Source of the DNA: Gammaproteobacteria bacterium
GTDB lineage: Bacteria > Pseudomonadota > Gammaproteobacteria > Eutrophobiales > Eutrophobiaceae
DNA length: 64,000 nucleotides
Direction of reading: 5' to 3'
Assembly (NCBI GenBank): GCA_965243205.1
Contig: CBDEUK010000002.1
Span: forward strand, 480,001-544,000
Below, in pieces: positions 10,320 to 20,467 of this stretch. The translations under genes and the position numbers were made by a program. The notes beneath the pieces are model-generated. The model made no database searches. It was given only the letters and a program-made list of their open reading frames with translations, and was not told the origin of the DNA. Positions within the stretch are counted from its first letter, which is position 1; each line of letters opens with the position of its first letter.

Positions 10320-12113
10320 ATGGCTGACAATAAACAAGCAAAAATTGGACGTTTTGAAGTATTGGAACGTATCGGTGAAGGATTTCATGGCAAACTCTAT
10401 CTGTGTTGGGATCCCACTCTAAAACGTAAAGTCGCGTTAAAAGTCATTACTCAAGCGCAAGGTGATGTAGAAATTGCCAAAGAAGTCGTTGACGAAGCGC
10501 TGATGGTCGCTCGTATTTCTCATCCTAACGTTATTCCTATATACGAAGCATCAATCGAAAATAACACTCCTGTTATGGTGTTTGAATTCGTTCAAGGAAT
10601 GACTTTAAAAGAATATTTAGAGCAACATGGTGCTTTTAATGAAAAAGAAGCATTATCCATCATGGTTAGAATTGCTGTGGGATTAGCTACAGCTCATGAA
10701 CAAAATATTGTACATCTCGATCTTTCCCCAAATAACTTCATGATTGATGAAGAGACTCGACCAAGAATTATGGATTTTGGTTTAGCCCGTTTAGCAACAA
10801 AAACTAAAGAAGAAAATTTAGAAAATAAAGTATCAGGCACACCACGTTATATGAGCCCTGAACATTTAAATGGTGAAGATTTTTCACCCGCATCGGATAT
10901 ATTTACCTTAGGTTTAGTATTTTTTGAATTATTGACGGGTAAAAAGGCGGTAGAAAAAAATTCCTTATTAGAAGTATTTCTTGCGATTGAAACTGCTGAT
11001 ATTAATTGGCGAGCAATTCAATATTTTGGTATATCGCCACATGTTATTGCTATTCTTAAAAACATGATTAATGTTGATCCCAAACAACGTTATCAAACAG
11101 CTTCAGAACTCGTCGTTGATTTAGATAAAGTCATACAATCTTTAAATCAAGATGTAAAAGATTCCCTAGCATTAGAATTTTTATTACGACGTTTAGAGCG
11201 AAACCCTGACTTTCCGGTTTGTTCACAAAAGATTGCCGAAATAAATAAATTAACCGATGTTTCAAGCAACACTGATTTTATTAAAATCGCAGATCTCATT
11301 ATTAAAGATTATTCCTTGACCAAACGAGTAATGACAGTTGCTAATTCTGTCGCGTTTAATCCATTAGGCGGTAATATTACAACTGTCTCACACGCCATCT
11401 CAAAGTTAGGGTTAAAATTAGTTAGGATGATATGTACGAATGTCATCTTACAAAATCAATCTAAAACATTAGATGATAATTTAAAAGATGAATTGGTTAT
11501 TTCATTCGTTGCAGCATTAATAGCAAAAGAACTCACAGAAATAACTAATAAACGAATTGCAGAAGAAGCGTTTATATGTGCTTTATTTCATCGGTTAGGT
11601 ATACACTTGCTCGCATTTTATCTAACCGATGAATATTTAGATATAGCCCATTACACTCAAGAAGGTATGGATATTAACGATGCTGAACATAAAGTATTGG
11701 CAACCAGCAGTAATGCTTTAGGTCAGCATATTGCCAAAAAATGGAATTTTCCCGAAGATATTATTAATAGCATGAAACGTTTACCATTAGGTAAATTAGA
11801 AGCGCCTACTAATGAACAAGATTTTTTATCCCATATTAGCAACTATACAAATGAGCTTTGTTGTTTAATTCATCTGAGCAAAGATAATGAAAAACTAATT
11901 GGGGAATTAAATCAATTCATTCAACGACATCATAATTTCATAAAACAAGATATTTTTAATATTGTTGAAACACTTAACAATATTACTGAAGAGATAAAAA
12001 TTATCTCTCCAGATTTAGGTGTGAGTTATCAAGGCAGTAATTTTTGTTCTAAATTAGAACAATTAGTGTCTGAAGTTTTAAAAAACCAAGAAGAAATATT
12101 ACAGATTGCTTAA
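10320..12113 (+). CDS. Ser/Thr protein kinase fused to a C-terminal HDOD domain
   Basis: VALK, DFG, GTPRYMSPE and SDIFTLG, followed by HDOD-like ANS.AF...AISKLG and LFHRLG...W.FP. Confidence 0.85.
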   Translation: MADNKQAKIGRFEVLERIGEGFHGKLYLCWDPTLKRKVALKVITQAQGDVEIAKEVVDEALMVARISHPNVIPIYEASIENNTPVMVFEFVQGMTLKEYLEQHGAFNEKEALSIMVRIAVGLATAHEQNIVHLDLSPNNFMIDEETRPRIMDFGLARLATKTKEENLENKVSGTPRYMSPEHLNGEDFSPASDIFTLGLVFFELLTGKKAVEKNSLLEVFLAIETADINWRAIQYFGISPHVIAILKNMINVDPKQRYQTASELVVDLDKVIQSLNQDVKDSLALEFLLRRLERNPDFPVCSQKIAEINKLTDVSSNTDFIKIADLIIKDYSLTKRVMTVANSVAFNPLGGNITTVSHAISKLGLKLVRMICTNVILQNQSKTLDDNLKDELVISFVAALIAKELTEITNKRIAEEAFICALFHRLGIHLLAFYLTDEYLDIAHYTQEGMDINDAEHKVLATSSNALGQHIAKKWNFPEDIINSMKRLPLGKLEAPTNEQDFLSHISNYTNELCCLIHLSKDNEKLIGELNQFIQRHHNFIKQDIFNIVETLNNITEEIKIISPDLGVSYQGSNFCSKLEQLVSEVLKNQEEILQIA

Positions 12114-12120
12114 ACAATTT

Positions 12121-12507
12121 TTAATCGTATTTTATATAGGCAAAACGTTGGTCGCTTGGCGTTCCTTCCAAATCATTTTCTTCTAATCCTGGTTGCCACT
12201 GTACTACTTCTTCAATTTTTTTAGCAAGTTCAAAATCTTTATCAGTAATGCCTTTAGCAGCATGATTCATTAATTTTACAATGACAAATGCATATGAAAC
12301 GGTTAAATCAGGATGATGCCAAGCCGCTTCCGCTAAATGTCCAACTGTATTCACAACCATTAGAGTACTTTTCCAACTATGGGTTTTGTATTTACGACGG
12401 ATCCAATCGCCTTCATATTTCCAGTTAGGTAATTCTTCTGCCAAACGTGCGTTAACCTCTTCTTCTGAATACACTTCATCTTTAGTTTTATTGCGCCATT
12501 GAGCCAT
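12121..12507 (-). CDS. Pterin-4a-carbinolamine dehydratase
   Basis: HLAEAAWHHPDL and GITDKDFELA; this family is commonly found in H4MPT gene clusters. Confidence 0.9.
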   Translation of the reverse strand: MAQWRNKTKDEVYSEEEVNARLAEELPNWKYEGDWIRRKYKTHSWKSTLMVVNTVGHLAEAAWHHPDLTVSYAFVIVKLMNHAAKGITDKDFELAKKIEEVVQWQPGLEENDLEGTPSDQRFAYIKYD

Positions 12508-12520
12508 AATTTTTCTCCCA

Positions 12521-13228
12521 CTAAATCGTTTTACGATAATTTACTTCAGTGATATTGATATGTTGTTTAATCCTATGTACTGCTAATTCATCGAGCTGAG
12601 AAACTCTATTATTGTCACTGCACAAAGCTCCACGAAAACCTAAATAATCTGGTTCTAATGGCAATAGATATTCAATATCTTCTAATTTTAATGACCCTGC
12701 CAAACCAGTAAATAAATTATTTTTTTTAGCTGTCATAACAAATTCATTCAGTTTTTCAAGACTGGAGTTTTTTAATAAAGAGCCAGAATTTTTATTTGCC
12801 GTATCTAACATCACGCCATAAATAATCGATGAATCTAATAATTTAATAACTTCTATATAATCGAATAATTTATCGGCAAAAAAAACCAAAACAATTTTTA
12901 TGTTCTGTTTTTTATATTCAATCAACGTTTCGAAGAGTTCTTGTGTAAAGCCATCATTGAATACACCAATCTTAATAATATCAACATTTGCATTTATCAA
13001 AGAATCGATAGAAGGCTTGACCTGATCCTTATCAAGAGGCTTATCGCCGATGGTTGCACTAATAGTTAGTTTATTTGAATATTTCTTAACAATTGATTCA
13101 ATAACGTCCATATCAACAGCACCTAGAGCACCTTGACTCGGTTCTTTCAAATCTAATATATCAACACCAGCTTTAACAACAATATCTGATTCAGTTATAG
13201 ATTTAACACTTGCAAGCATTCCTGTCAT
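12521..13228 (-). CDS. mfnB: (5-formylfuran-3-yl)methyl phosphate synthase (orf22/DUF556; methanofuran biosynthesis)
   Basis: MLASV, DILDLKEPSQGALGA, SATIGD, MLDTANK, GLAGSL and GFRGALC. Confidence 0.88.
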   Translation of the reverse strand: MTGMLASVKSITESDIVVKAGVDILDLKEPSQGALGAVDMDVIESIVKKYSNKLTISATIGDKPLDKDQVKPSIDSLINANVDIIKIGVFNDGFTQELFETLIEYKKQNIKIVLVFFADKLFDYIEVIKLLDSSIIYGVMLDTANKNSGSLLKNSSLEKLNEFVMTAKKNNLFTGLAGSLKLEDIEYLLPLEPDYLGFRGALCSDNNRVSQLDELAVHRIKQHINITEVNYRKTI

Positions 13229-13797
13229 GATTGTTGCTCTGCTTGCTGTATATAAAAGTCATCGATCTTATCCATCAACCAACCCCAAGCAGTTAATTCA
13301 CTTTCACCTGCTGTTTTATCAATTGAAATTTTATGATATTCAATTTCAGTCATAATTTTTTCTTTCGATAACATATGTAAGCGACTAGCAAGAATGGCTG
13401 CTTCTAACACAGCAGCTTGTGCACGATTAAAACCTAAAAAAGGTTTATGAATCACTTCATGCAAAATTTTACAATAGAACTGAGGTCTTACATCATCATC
13501 TTCGAATTTGATCACTTCTAACTCATGATGAGTTAAACAATCTTCAAGATGTTTACCTGTGATTTTTTCAGCATCAATAGTCTTCCAATCACGCCTTCCT
13601 GTTAAACACCCTGCAAAGATCTGCACATTATCCGTCATATTGATACAAACAGATTGTTCACGTTGAATATTACTCAACGTTGTAGAAGGTTTAAAAGGTG
13701 CAATAACAATTAAGTCATCTTCTTCTCGAATGCCCATAGGTGCGATATGAACTGAACCATCGTCATTCAATGTGGTTACTATTATTTCATGGATCAT
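13225..13797 (-). CDS. DUF447 family protein (orf19-like, H4MPT cluster)
   Basis: HIAPMG, APFKPSTTL and FNRAQAAVLEAAILASRL. Confidence 0.85.
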   Translation of the reverse strand: MIHEIIVTTLNDDGSVHIAPMGIREEDDLIVIAPFKPSTTLSNIQREQSVCINMTDNVQIFAGCLTGRRDWKTIDAEKITGKHLEDCLTHHELEVIKFEDDDVRPQFYCKILHEVIHKPFLGFNRAQAAVLEAAILASRLHMLSKEKIMTEIEYHKISIDKTAGESELTAWGWLMDKIDDFYIQQAEQQS

Positions 13798-13799
13798 AT

Positions 13800-15272
13800 T
13801 TAATCTTTTGTTTGTGCTTTCTTCTTTTTTTGCTCTCGACTCATCTTAACTGTCGAGCCTTCTTCTTTAAATAACGATTTTTTTCGTTGTTTTAAGTCAT
13901 GAACTGCTTTGGATAAAGCCTCTTCTTCATCTTCCGTCTTCATAGGTAAGGCTGCACCCCAATCTAATTCTTCATCCTGATGATAACGTTTGCCCAACTG
14001 CCAAGCGATTTGAGCTTTGGCTAGTTCAACTCCCATATAAAATGCATGCGGAGCATCTTCGTGCAATAAATCTAATTTAGGAAATAATTCAAATGGATCG
14101 GTATGCGTGTCAAAACCATCTCGATTATAAACGTGTATGCCATTATCCGATACCTGTACACGATAATTAGGGTCTTTTACATCCTTAGCTAATTCTTTGA
14201 TTTCTTCTGCAGTATAAGGAAATGGTTTTCGAGCATGTGTGGTTAATAAAGAACTATCTAACCCTTTTGGTAGGCTCTCCTCTTCTCTCGCTGCAAACAT
14301 CATACGTCGTGCTTTATCGGCTTCTCGAATAGCCGAACGTGCATGTGGGCTTACTTCTGTTGCTAATACGGCAGTGATGCGCATTTCCGAAATTAACCCA
14401 AATAACATAGCATTAATACCAGTCGTATCCGCTTCGGTTAGTTCGGTTAAGTTACCAATACCCATCATAATTTCTATATCCGGACATTGGGTTCGACATT
14501 CATGGTAGCGCAATATGGATTCGGTAAAACCAAAATGAATAGGATCGAGTATCGGATCGGCATAGAAAGGTTTATTTTGTTGAGCAAATTTTTCTATGAC
14601 TCTATACAAAGACTGCATATCGCCATGTTTATCAGGGATAAGTATTGGAATCGAATCGACTTCATCAGCTACCCAAGCCGTACTTTCTTTTAAACTTAAT
14701 AAATAATCGGCACCTGCTTTTCCACCGCGTAATAAATCATCAGTTTCTAACGAATCAACACTGACGATAAAACCTTCTTGCTTTAAGGTTTTAACAGTCT
14801 CTTCTAAATGAGGGAATGAAGTATCGGGTAAACAACCTATATCAATCACATCGGCGCCATCATCTCGATAGCGTTCAGCTCGCTTGATAATATCTTCGAT
14901 GGTTGATTGTGGAGCATCAACAATTTCAGCAAAAATTTTAGTATCGTATCTTGAAAGATCAACTGGTTTTCCATCACGACCGAAAAATACAGGCAAATCT
15001 TTTAAATCAATTGGACCGCGTGATATAGGAACATTTAACTTCTTCCCTAATTCTTCTAAATCTCCACGACATAAGCCAGGAACAATAATCCGGTCAAATC
15101 CATTGGCCTCTTCTAATCGACGACCAATCATCTCTGCTGTCATTAGTGCCGCAACACTAACGCCAATATTTTTAACTTCATATTCAAAATCCTTTTCAGG
15201 CATTGCATCAAGCACCCTATGCAGACGCTTTTCAGCTAATTTTCCAGTTAAAAATAATATCTGTTCAGACAT
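13800..15272 (-). CDS. Dihydropteroate-synthase-related H4MPT biosynthesis protein (orf20-like)
   Basis: LFLTGKLAE, IFAEIVDAP, GADVIDIGC, DPILDPIHFG, MGIGNLTEL and HAFYMGVELAKAQIA. Confidence 0.88.
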   Translation of the reverse strand: MSEQILFLTGKLAEKRLHRVLDAMPEKDFEYEVKNIGVSVAALMTAEMIGRRLEEANGFDRIIVPGLCRGDLEELGKKLNVPISRGPIDLKDLPVFFGRDGKPVDLSRYDTKIFAEIVDAPQSTIEDIIKRAERYRDDGADVIDIGCLPDTSFPHLEETVKTLKQEGFIVSVDSLETDDLLRGGKAGADYLLSLKESTAWVADEVDSIPILIPDKHGDMQSLYRVIEKFAQQNKPFYADPILDPIHFGFTESILRYHECRTQCPDIEIMMGIGNLTELTEADTTGINAMLFGLISEMRITAVLATEVSPHARSAIREADKARRMMFAAREEESLPKGLDSSLLTTHARKPFPYTAEEIKELAKDVKDPNYRVQVSDNGIHVYNRDGFDTHTDPFELFPKLDLLHEDAPHAFYMGVELAKAQIAWQLGKRYHQDEELDWGAALPMKTEDEEEALSKAVHDLKQRKKSLFKEEGSTVKMSREQKKKKAQTKD

Positions 15273-15289
15273 TCAGACGCCTTTATTAT

Positions 15290-15327
15290 TGGTTGATATG
15301 AACCAATTAATTGGTTTAAGACACGCA
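15290..15327. promoter_or_regulatory. Tandem putative enhancer (UAS) boxes, TGGT-N8-ACCA, upstream of pqqB
   Basis: TGGTTGATATGAACCA (15290-15305) and degenerate TGGTTTAAGACACGCA (15312-15327); 22-bp start-to-start spacing, the same as at pqqA. Confidence 0.6.
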
Positions 15328-15459
15328 AATATTGCTATAAAAAGAAAGCGTAAAGTACGTGACTATATGCTAAAGTGCAAGCTTAAATATATTATAAGCT
15401 ATTAATTTCTATACATTTTTTATTTATAATACATTTTATAAAAATAGCAATTAATGCTC

Positions 15460-15475
15460 TGGCATAGTTCTAGCT
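15460..15475 (+). promoter_or_regulatory. Sigma54 (-24/-12) promoter of pqqBCDE
   Basis: TGGCATAGTTCTAGCT with correct GG/GC spacing, about 80 nt upstream of pqqB. Confidence 0.65.
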
Positions 15476-15553
15476 CAGCATCATCGCATATGAGCTGGTA
15501 TGTCTATGATTCATATAAATTAATTACAACATACGATTTGGGAAAAGAAGTAA

Positions 15554-16468
15554 ATGCATATTCGATTATTAGGAACTGGCGCTGGTGGCGGCTTTCCACA
15601 GTGGAACTGTAACTGCGATAACTGTAAACGATTACGTTCAGGCGACATTAAAAGCTCTGCTAGAACACAGTCTTCGATCACTATCAGCGGCAATGGTACC
15701 GATTGGGTATTATTCAATGCTTCGCCAGATATTCGTGCACAAATTGAATCATTTCCTCCTTTACAACCTGCTCGAAAAATTCGTGATACAGGCATATGCT
15801 CCATTATTTTATGTGATGCGCAAATTGATCATACAACAGGCTTAATTATTCTAAGAGAGCATGATAAACCTTGGGATGTTTATTGTACCGATGCTGTACA
15901 TGAAGACATGACCACAGGCTATCCTATCTTTAATATCCTCAGTCACTTTCGTGGTGTGAACTGGCATGAAATAAAAACCGATCAATCTTCTTTTACCATT
16001 CCTAAAGCAGATAATTTAATTTTTACCGCGGTACCGTTAAAAAGTGAAGCACCTCCATTCTCTCCTCATCGCCATAATACTGTTCCTGGTGATAATGTTG
16101 GTTTTAAAGTTGAAGATACTTCAACAGGTAAGAACTTATTCTATGCCCCAGGTTTAGGCATTATTGAAGACCATGTTTATGATTACATGAAAGATGCTGA
16201 TGTGGTTTTAGTCGATGGCACCATGTGGACCAATGACGAAATGGCTAAACATGGTATCAGTAATAAACTTGCTAGTGAGATGGGGCATCTCGATCAATCC
16301 AGTAAAGGCGGCATCATGGAAACCTTAAACTCACTGGAAAAACCTCGAAAGATTTTGATCCATATCAATAACACTAATCCAATCTTAGATGAAGATTCAG
16401 ACGAGCGTAAAGCATTAGACGCCGCGGGTATCGAAGTTTCTTACGACGGTATGGATATTATTATTTAA
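15554..16468 (+). CDS. pqqB: PQQ biosynthesis protein B
   Basis: LGTGAGGGFPQWNCNCDNC, ARTQSS, NASPD, DHTTGL and HINNTNPIL. Confidence 0.98.
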   Translation: MHIRLLGTGAGGGFPQWNCNCDNCKRLRSGDIKSSARTQSSITISGNGTDWVLFNASPDIRAQIESFPPLQPARKIRDTGICSIILCDAQIDHTTGLIILREHDKPWDVYCTDAVHEDMTTGYPIFNILSHFRGVNWHEIKTDQSSFTIPKADNLIFTAVPLKSEAPPFSPHRHNTVPGDNVGFKVEDTSTGKNLFYAPGLGIIEDHVYDYMKDADVVLVDGTMWTNDEMAKHGISNKLASEMGHLDQSSKGGIMETLNSLEKPRKILIHINNTNPILDEDSDERKALDAAGIEVSYDGMDIII

Positions 16469-16480
16469 TAGAGAGTTATT

Positions 16481-17203
16481 ATGACTGATAAAACACCTTG
16501 GACCAGAGAAGAGTTTGAACAGAAATTACGTGATAAAGAAAAGTATTATCACATTAACCATGAATTCCATGTCTTAATGAATGAAGGTGGTTTAAGTAAA
16601 GAAGCCGTACAAGGCTGGGTAGCGAATCGTTTTTATTATCAAACGACCATTCCAATTAAAGATGCAAACATTATGGCTAACTGCCCTGATCGAGATACAC
16701 GTCGTCAATGGGTACAACGTATCATTGATCACGATGGTGTAGAAGGTGAAGATGGTGGTATTGAAGCCTGGTTACAACTTGCCGAAGCAGTAGGCTTAAC
16801 TCGTGAAGAAACATTATCTTATGAACATGTACTACCTGGTGTACGTTTCGCGATTGATGCCTATACAAACTTTGCTCGTCGAGCTACTTGGCAAGAAGCG
16901 GCAAGTTCATCATTGACTGAATTATTCGCACCTACGATTCATCAAAAACGTTTGGATAATTGGCCTGAGATTTATCCTTGGATTGATGAAAAAGGTTATA
17001 GCTACTTTCGTAAACGTTTAACTGAGGCACGTCGTGATGTTCAACATGGGCTAGATATTACTCTAGACTATTATAAAACCCGTGAAGAACAAGAACGCGC
17101 TTTAAACATTCTACAGTTTAAACTCGATATACTATGGACTATGCTTGATTGTATGTGGATGGCTTATATTGAAAAGAAACCACCTTTTCATAATTGTAAA
17201 TAG
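16481..17203 (+). CDS. pqqC: PQQ synthase
   Basis: [31 protein letters not shown] and LQFKLDILW. Confidence 0.98.
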   Translation: MTDKTPWTREEFEQKLRDKEKYYHINHEFHVLMNEGGLSKEAVQGWVANRFYYQTTIPIKDANIMANCPDRDTRRQWVQRIIDHDGVEGEDGGIEAWLQLAEAVGLTREETLSYEHVLPGVRFAIDAYTNFARRATWQEAASSSLTELFAPTIHQKRLDNWPEIYPWIDEKGYSYFRKRLTEARRDVQHGLDITLDYYKTREEQERALNILQFKLDILWTMLDCMWMAYIEKKPPFHNCK

Positions 17204-17211
17204 GATTAATT

Positions 17212-17484
17212 ATGGATACTAATAACATACCTGAAATTGCCCCAACCTTTCGTTTTCAATGGGAAGAAGCTCAAGACTGCTATGTTGTTTTGTATCCTGA
17301 GGGCATGGTAAAACTCAGTGGCAGTGCTGGTGAAATTATGAAACGTGTAACTGGTGAATTGAGTATAAAAGAAATTGTTAATGACTTAGAAACAACATTT
17401 TCCGAATCGAATTTAGAGGATGATGTTATAAAATTTTTGGAGGTGGCCTATGACAACGGCTGGATCAGAAACAAAGCAAACTAA
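17212..17484 (+). CDS. pqqD: PqqA peptide chaperone
   Basis: [23 protein letters not shown]; position between pqqC and pqqE. Confidence 0.97.
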   Translation: MDTNNIPEIAPTFRFQWEEAQDCYVVLYPEGMVKLSGSAGEIMKRVTGELSIKEIVNDLETTFSESNLEDDVIKFLEVAYDNGWIRNKAN

Positions 17485-18616
17485 TGTTAATCCACCTCTA
17501 TGGTTATTAGCAGAGCTGACATACCGCTGTCCGCTACAATGCCCTTATTGTTCTAACCCTGTAGAGATTGCCAAATATCAAAACGAACTCAGTACAGAGG
17601 ATTGGGTTCGAGTTATGCAACAAGCTCGTAAGATGGGTGCTACTCAACTAGGCTTTTCAGGCGGTGAGCCATTAGTCCGTCAAGATTTAGAAGAACTCAT
17701 TCAGGAAGCACGTCATTTAGGTTATTACACAAACCTAATCACATCAGGCGTTGGCATGGATGAACAACGTGTTAAGCGTTTTAAAGACGCCGGTTTGGAT
17801 CATATTCAAATCAGTTTCCAAGCTAGCAATGAAGAATTAAATAACTATTTAGGTGGTACGAAAAGCTTTCAACATAAAAAAGATATGGCACGTATCGTCA
17901 AAGAATATGAATACCCAATGGTATTAAACATTGTCATTCATCGAAAAAATATTGATCAGATTCGTGACATATTAGATATGACTGTCGAACTCAATGCTGA
18001 TTATGTTGAACTCGCTAGCACACAATATTATGGCTGGTCACGTATCAATGTTGATCAATTACTACCTACACGCGAGCAGTTAGCGAATGCCGAAAAAGTT
18101 GCACAAGAATACCAAGAAAAAATGAAAGGAAAATCTAAAATCATTTATGTTATTCCTGATTATTTCGAAAATCGACCTAAACCATGTATGAATGGTTGGG
18201 GTGCAATCTTCTTAACGATTGCTCCTGATGGTACTGCTTTACCTTGTCATGAAGCTGGCCAACTACCGATCGAATTTCCAAATGTAAAAGATTACAGCAT
18301 TTCAGAGTTATGGAATGATTCACCAGGATTTAACCATTTTAGAGGCTTTGAATGGATGCAAGAACCATGTCGTTCATGCCCTGAAAAAGAAAAAGATTTT
18401 GGTGGCTGCCGATGCCAGGCCTTTATGATCACAGGTGATGCAGCAGCAACTGACCCTGTCTGTGATAAATCTCCGCACCATCAGGCATTATTAGATGATG
18501 TCGAACGTATTGGTAAATTAGCTGGCGATGAAAAATCTGGTGTTGTCAAAGAACAACCTCTGATATTCCGCAATATGAAAAACTCAAAAGAATATATCAA
18601 AGAAGAATCTGTATAA
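17450..18616 (+). CDS. pqqE: PqqA peptide cyclase (radical SAM/SPASM)
   Basis: [29 protein letters not shown] and DFGGCRCQA. Confidence 0.98.
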   Translation: MTTAGSETKQTNVNPPLWLLAELTYRCPLQCPYCSNPVEIAKYQNELSTEDWVRVMQQARKMGATQLGFSGGEPLVRQDLEELIQEARHLGYYTNLITSGVGMDEQRVKRFKDAGLDHIQISFQASNEELNNYLGGTKSFQHKKDMARIVKEYEYPMVLNIVIHRKNIDQIRDILDMTVELNADYVELASTQYYGWSRINVDQLLPTREQLANAEKVAQEYQEKMKGKSKIIYVIPDYFENRPKPCMNGWGAIFLTIAPDGTALPCHEAGQLPIEFPNVKDYSISELWNDSPGFNHFRGFEWMQEPCRSCPEKEKDFGGCRCQAFMITGDAAATDPVCDKSPHHQALLDDVERIGKLAGDEKSGVVKEQPLIFRNMKNSKEYIKEESV

Positions 18617-18703
18617 ATTATCAATTTTCTTTTTTGTAATTATTTAAATTATCTATAAGTTTGTAGATAATGCTCATCTTTATAATATTTCTAATAAAAA
18701 ATC

Positions 18704-19648
18704 ATGCGTGAGCTTTTCCCTGAAATAGAAAAAAACTTTCATAATTATTTAGAGACTGATTCAAATAAAATTTACTATGAAGAATCAGGTAATCCTAATG
18801 GCATTCCAGTAATTTTTTTGCACGGCGGTCCTGGTTCAGGTTGTAATGATAATCATCGACGTTATTTTGATCCGAACCTTTATCGGATTATTTTAATGGA
18901 TCAACGTGGTTGTAACCGCTCTATTCCTAGTGGAAATATAATTAATAATACAGCTCAAGAAATTCTAAGTGATATAGATACTATACGACAAATACTGCAT
19001 ATCGATAAATGGTTGTTATTTGGTGGTTCTTGGGGAGCTACACTAGCATTACTTTATGCAGAAACTTATCCAAATAATGTACAAGGAATAATTCTTAGAG
19101 GTAGTTTTTTAGCAAGAAAACAAGATTTAAATTGGTTTATCGATGGAGTCACTCGATTATTCCCTGACTATTGGGATGACTTACTAAAAGAATATCCTAA
19201 TAGAGAAACTTTAATAGATGATATTGCTAACGATATTTTTTCTGATGACAAAACTAAACAAATTAAGGCGGCAAAAGCTTGGTCATTATGGGCTGGAAGA
19301 ATAGTTACATCTTCAATTACAGATGAATATATTTTAGAAATTGAAGATGAAAATAAACTTATCAATGATGTACAAATTGAAATGCATTTTGCGACAAATC
19401 GATATTTCATCAAAGAAAATCAGATATTAAATAATATTAACAATATTCCTGATATTCCAATTAGTATCATACATGGCAGAAGGGATTACACATGTCTTAT
19501 TGAATCCTCACATACGTTACATAAAGCATTACCAAATGCTGAATTTATTTTATTATCTGATGCTGGTCATTTAGGCGGTGAACCCGCTATGATAGACGCA
19601 CTAATTAGAGCAACAGATTTAATGGCTAATAAATTATCATTATCATGA
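18704..19648 (+). CDS. pip: Proline iminopeptidase (S33)
   Basis: LHGGPGSG, DQRGC, FGGSWG nucleophile elbow, HGRRD and AGH. Confidence 0.93.
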   Translation: MRELFPEIEKNFHNYLETDSNKIYYEESGNPNGIPVIFLHGGPGSGCNDNHRRYFDPNLYRIILMDQRGCNRSIPSGNIINNTAQEILSDIDTIRQILHIDKWLLFGGSWGATLALLYAETYPNNVQGIILRGSFLARKQDLNWFIDGVTRLFPDYWDDLLKEYPNRETLIDDIANDIFSDDKTKQIKAAKAWSLWAGRIVTSSITDEYILEIEDENKLINDVQIEMHFATNRYFIKENQILNNINNIPDIPISIIHGRRDYTCLIESSHTLHKALPNAEFILLSDAGHLGGEPAMIDALIRATDLMANKLSLS

Positions 19649-20463
19649 CATCCTTTCCCAAAAAACCTTTAATAATGGGTATTCTGAATGTAACGCCTGA
19701 TAGCTTTTCCGATGGTGGCTTACATAATAAGTTTGCTCAAGCTGTTAATCATGTACGACAAATGATTGATGAAGGTGCTGATATTATTGATGTTGGTGGT
19801 GAATCAACTCGTCCTGGTTCTGAACGTATTAGCGTTGAAGAACAATTGACTCGTACCATTGATATCATTGCGGAATGCCGAAAACAAATTCCTGAAAATA
19901 TAGATATCAGTATTGATACCACTCGTAGCAAAGTTGCTGAAGAAGCATTAAACAAAGGCGCATCTATTATTAATGATGTTACTGCAGGAACAGACGATCC
20001 TGATATTTTATCATTAGCAGCTGACCGCAAAGTCCCTATTTGTTTAATGCATATGCAAGGACAACCTTCAAATATGCAAGTTAATCCAAGCTATGATGAT
20101 GTTGTAGAAGATATTCGTGCCTATTTATTAGAACGAGTAGAAGTTGCTATTAAAGCTGGTATAGATAAAGAACGTATTATTCTTGACCCAGGTATTGGCT
20201 TTGGAAAAACACGTGAGCATAATCTGACTCTCTTAAATCGCTTAGATCGTTTTACTGATACAGGCTTTAATGTACTACTTGGAACAAGTCGTAAACGTTT
20301 TATGGGTTCGCTTTGTAATGTTGAATCACCCAAAGAATTAGTTGCTGCAACTTGTGCAACAACCGTGTTAGGTATGGAACAAAACGTTAGGATTTTCCGA
20401 GTTCACGATGTAAAAGAAAATCGTCAAGCTGCAGATGTTGCATGGGCAGTATTAAATAGTTAA
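19645..20463 (+). CDS. folP: Dihydropteroate synthase
   Basis: GILNVTPDSFSDGG, GGESTRPG, DPGIGFGK, SRKRF and RVHDV. Confidence 0.97.
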   Translation: MTSFPKKPLIMGILNVTPDSFSDGGLHNKFAQAVNHVRQMIDEGADIIDVGGESTRPGSERISVEEQLTRTIDIIAECRKQIPENIDISIDTTRSKVAEEALNKGASIINDVTAGTDDPDILSLAADRKVPICLMHMQGQPSNMQVNPSYDDVVEDIRAYLLERVEVAIKAGIDKERIILDPGIGFGKTREHNLTLLNRLDRFTDTGFNVLLGTSRKRFMGSLCNVESPKELVAATCATTVLGMEQNVRIFRVHDVKENRQAADVAWAVLNS

Positions 20464-20467
20464 AGAA

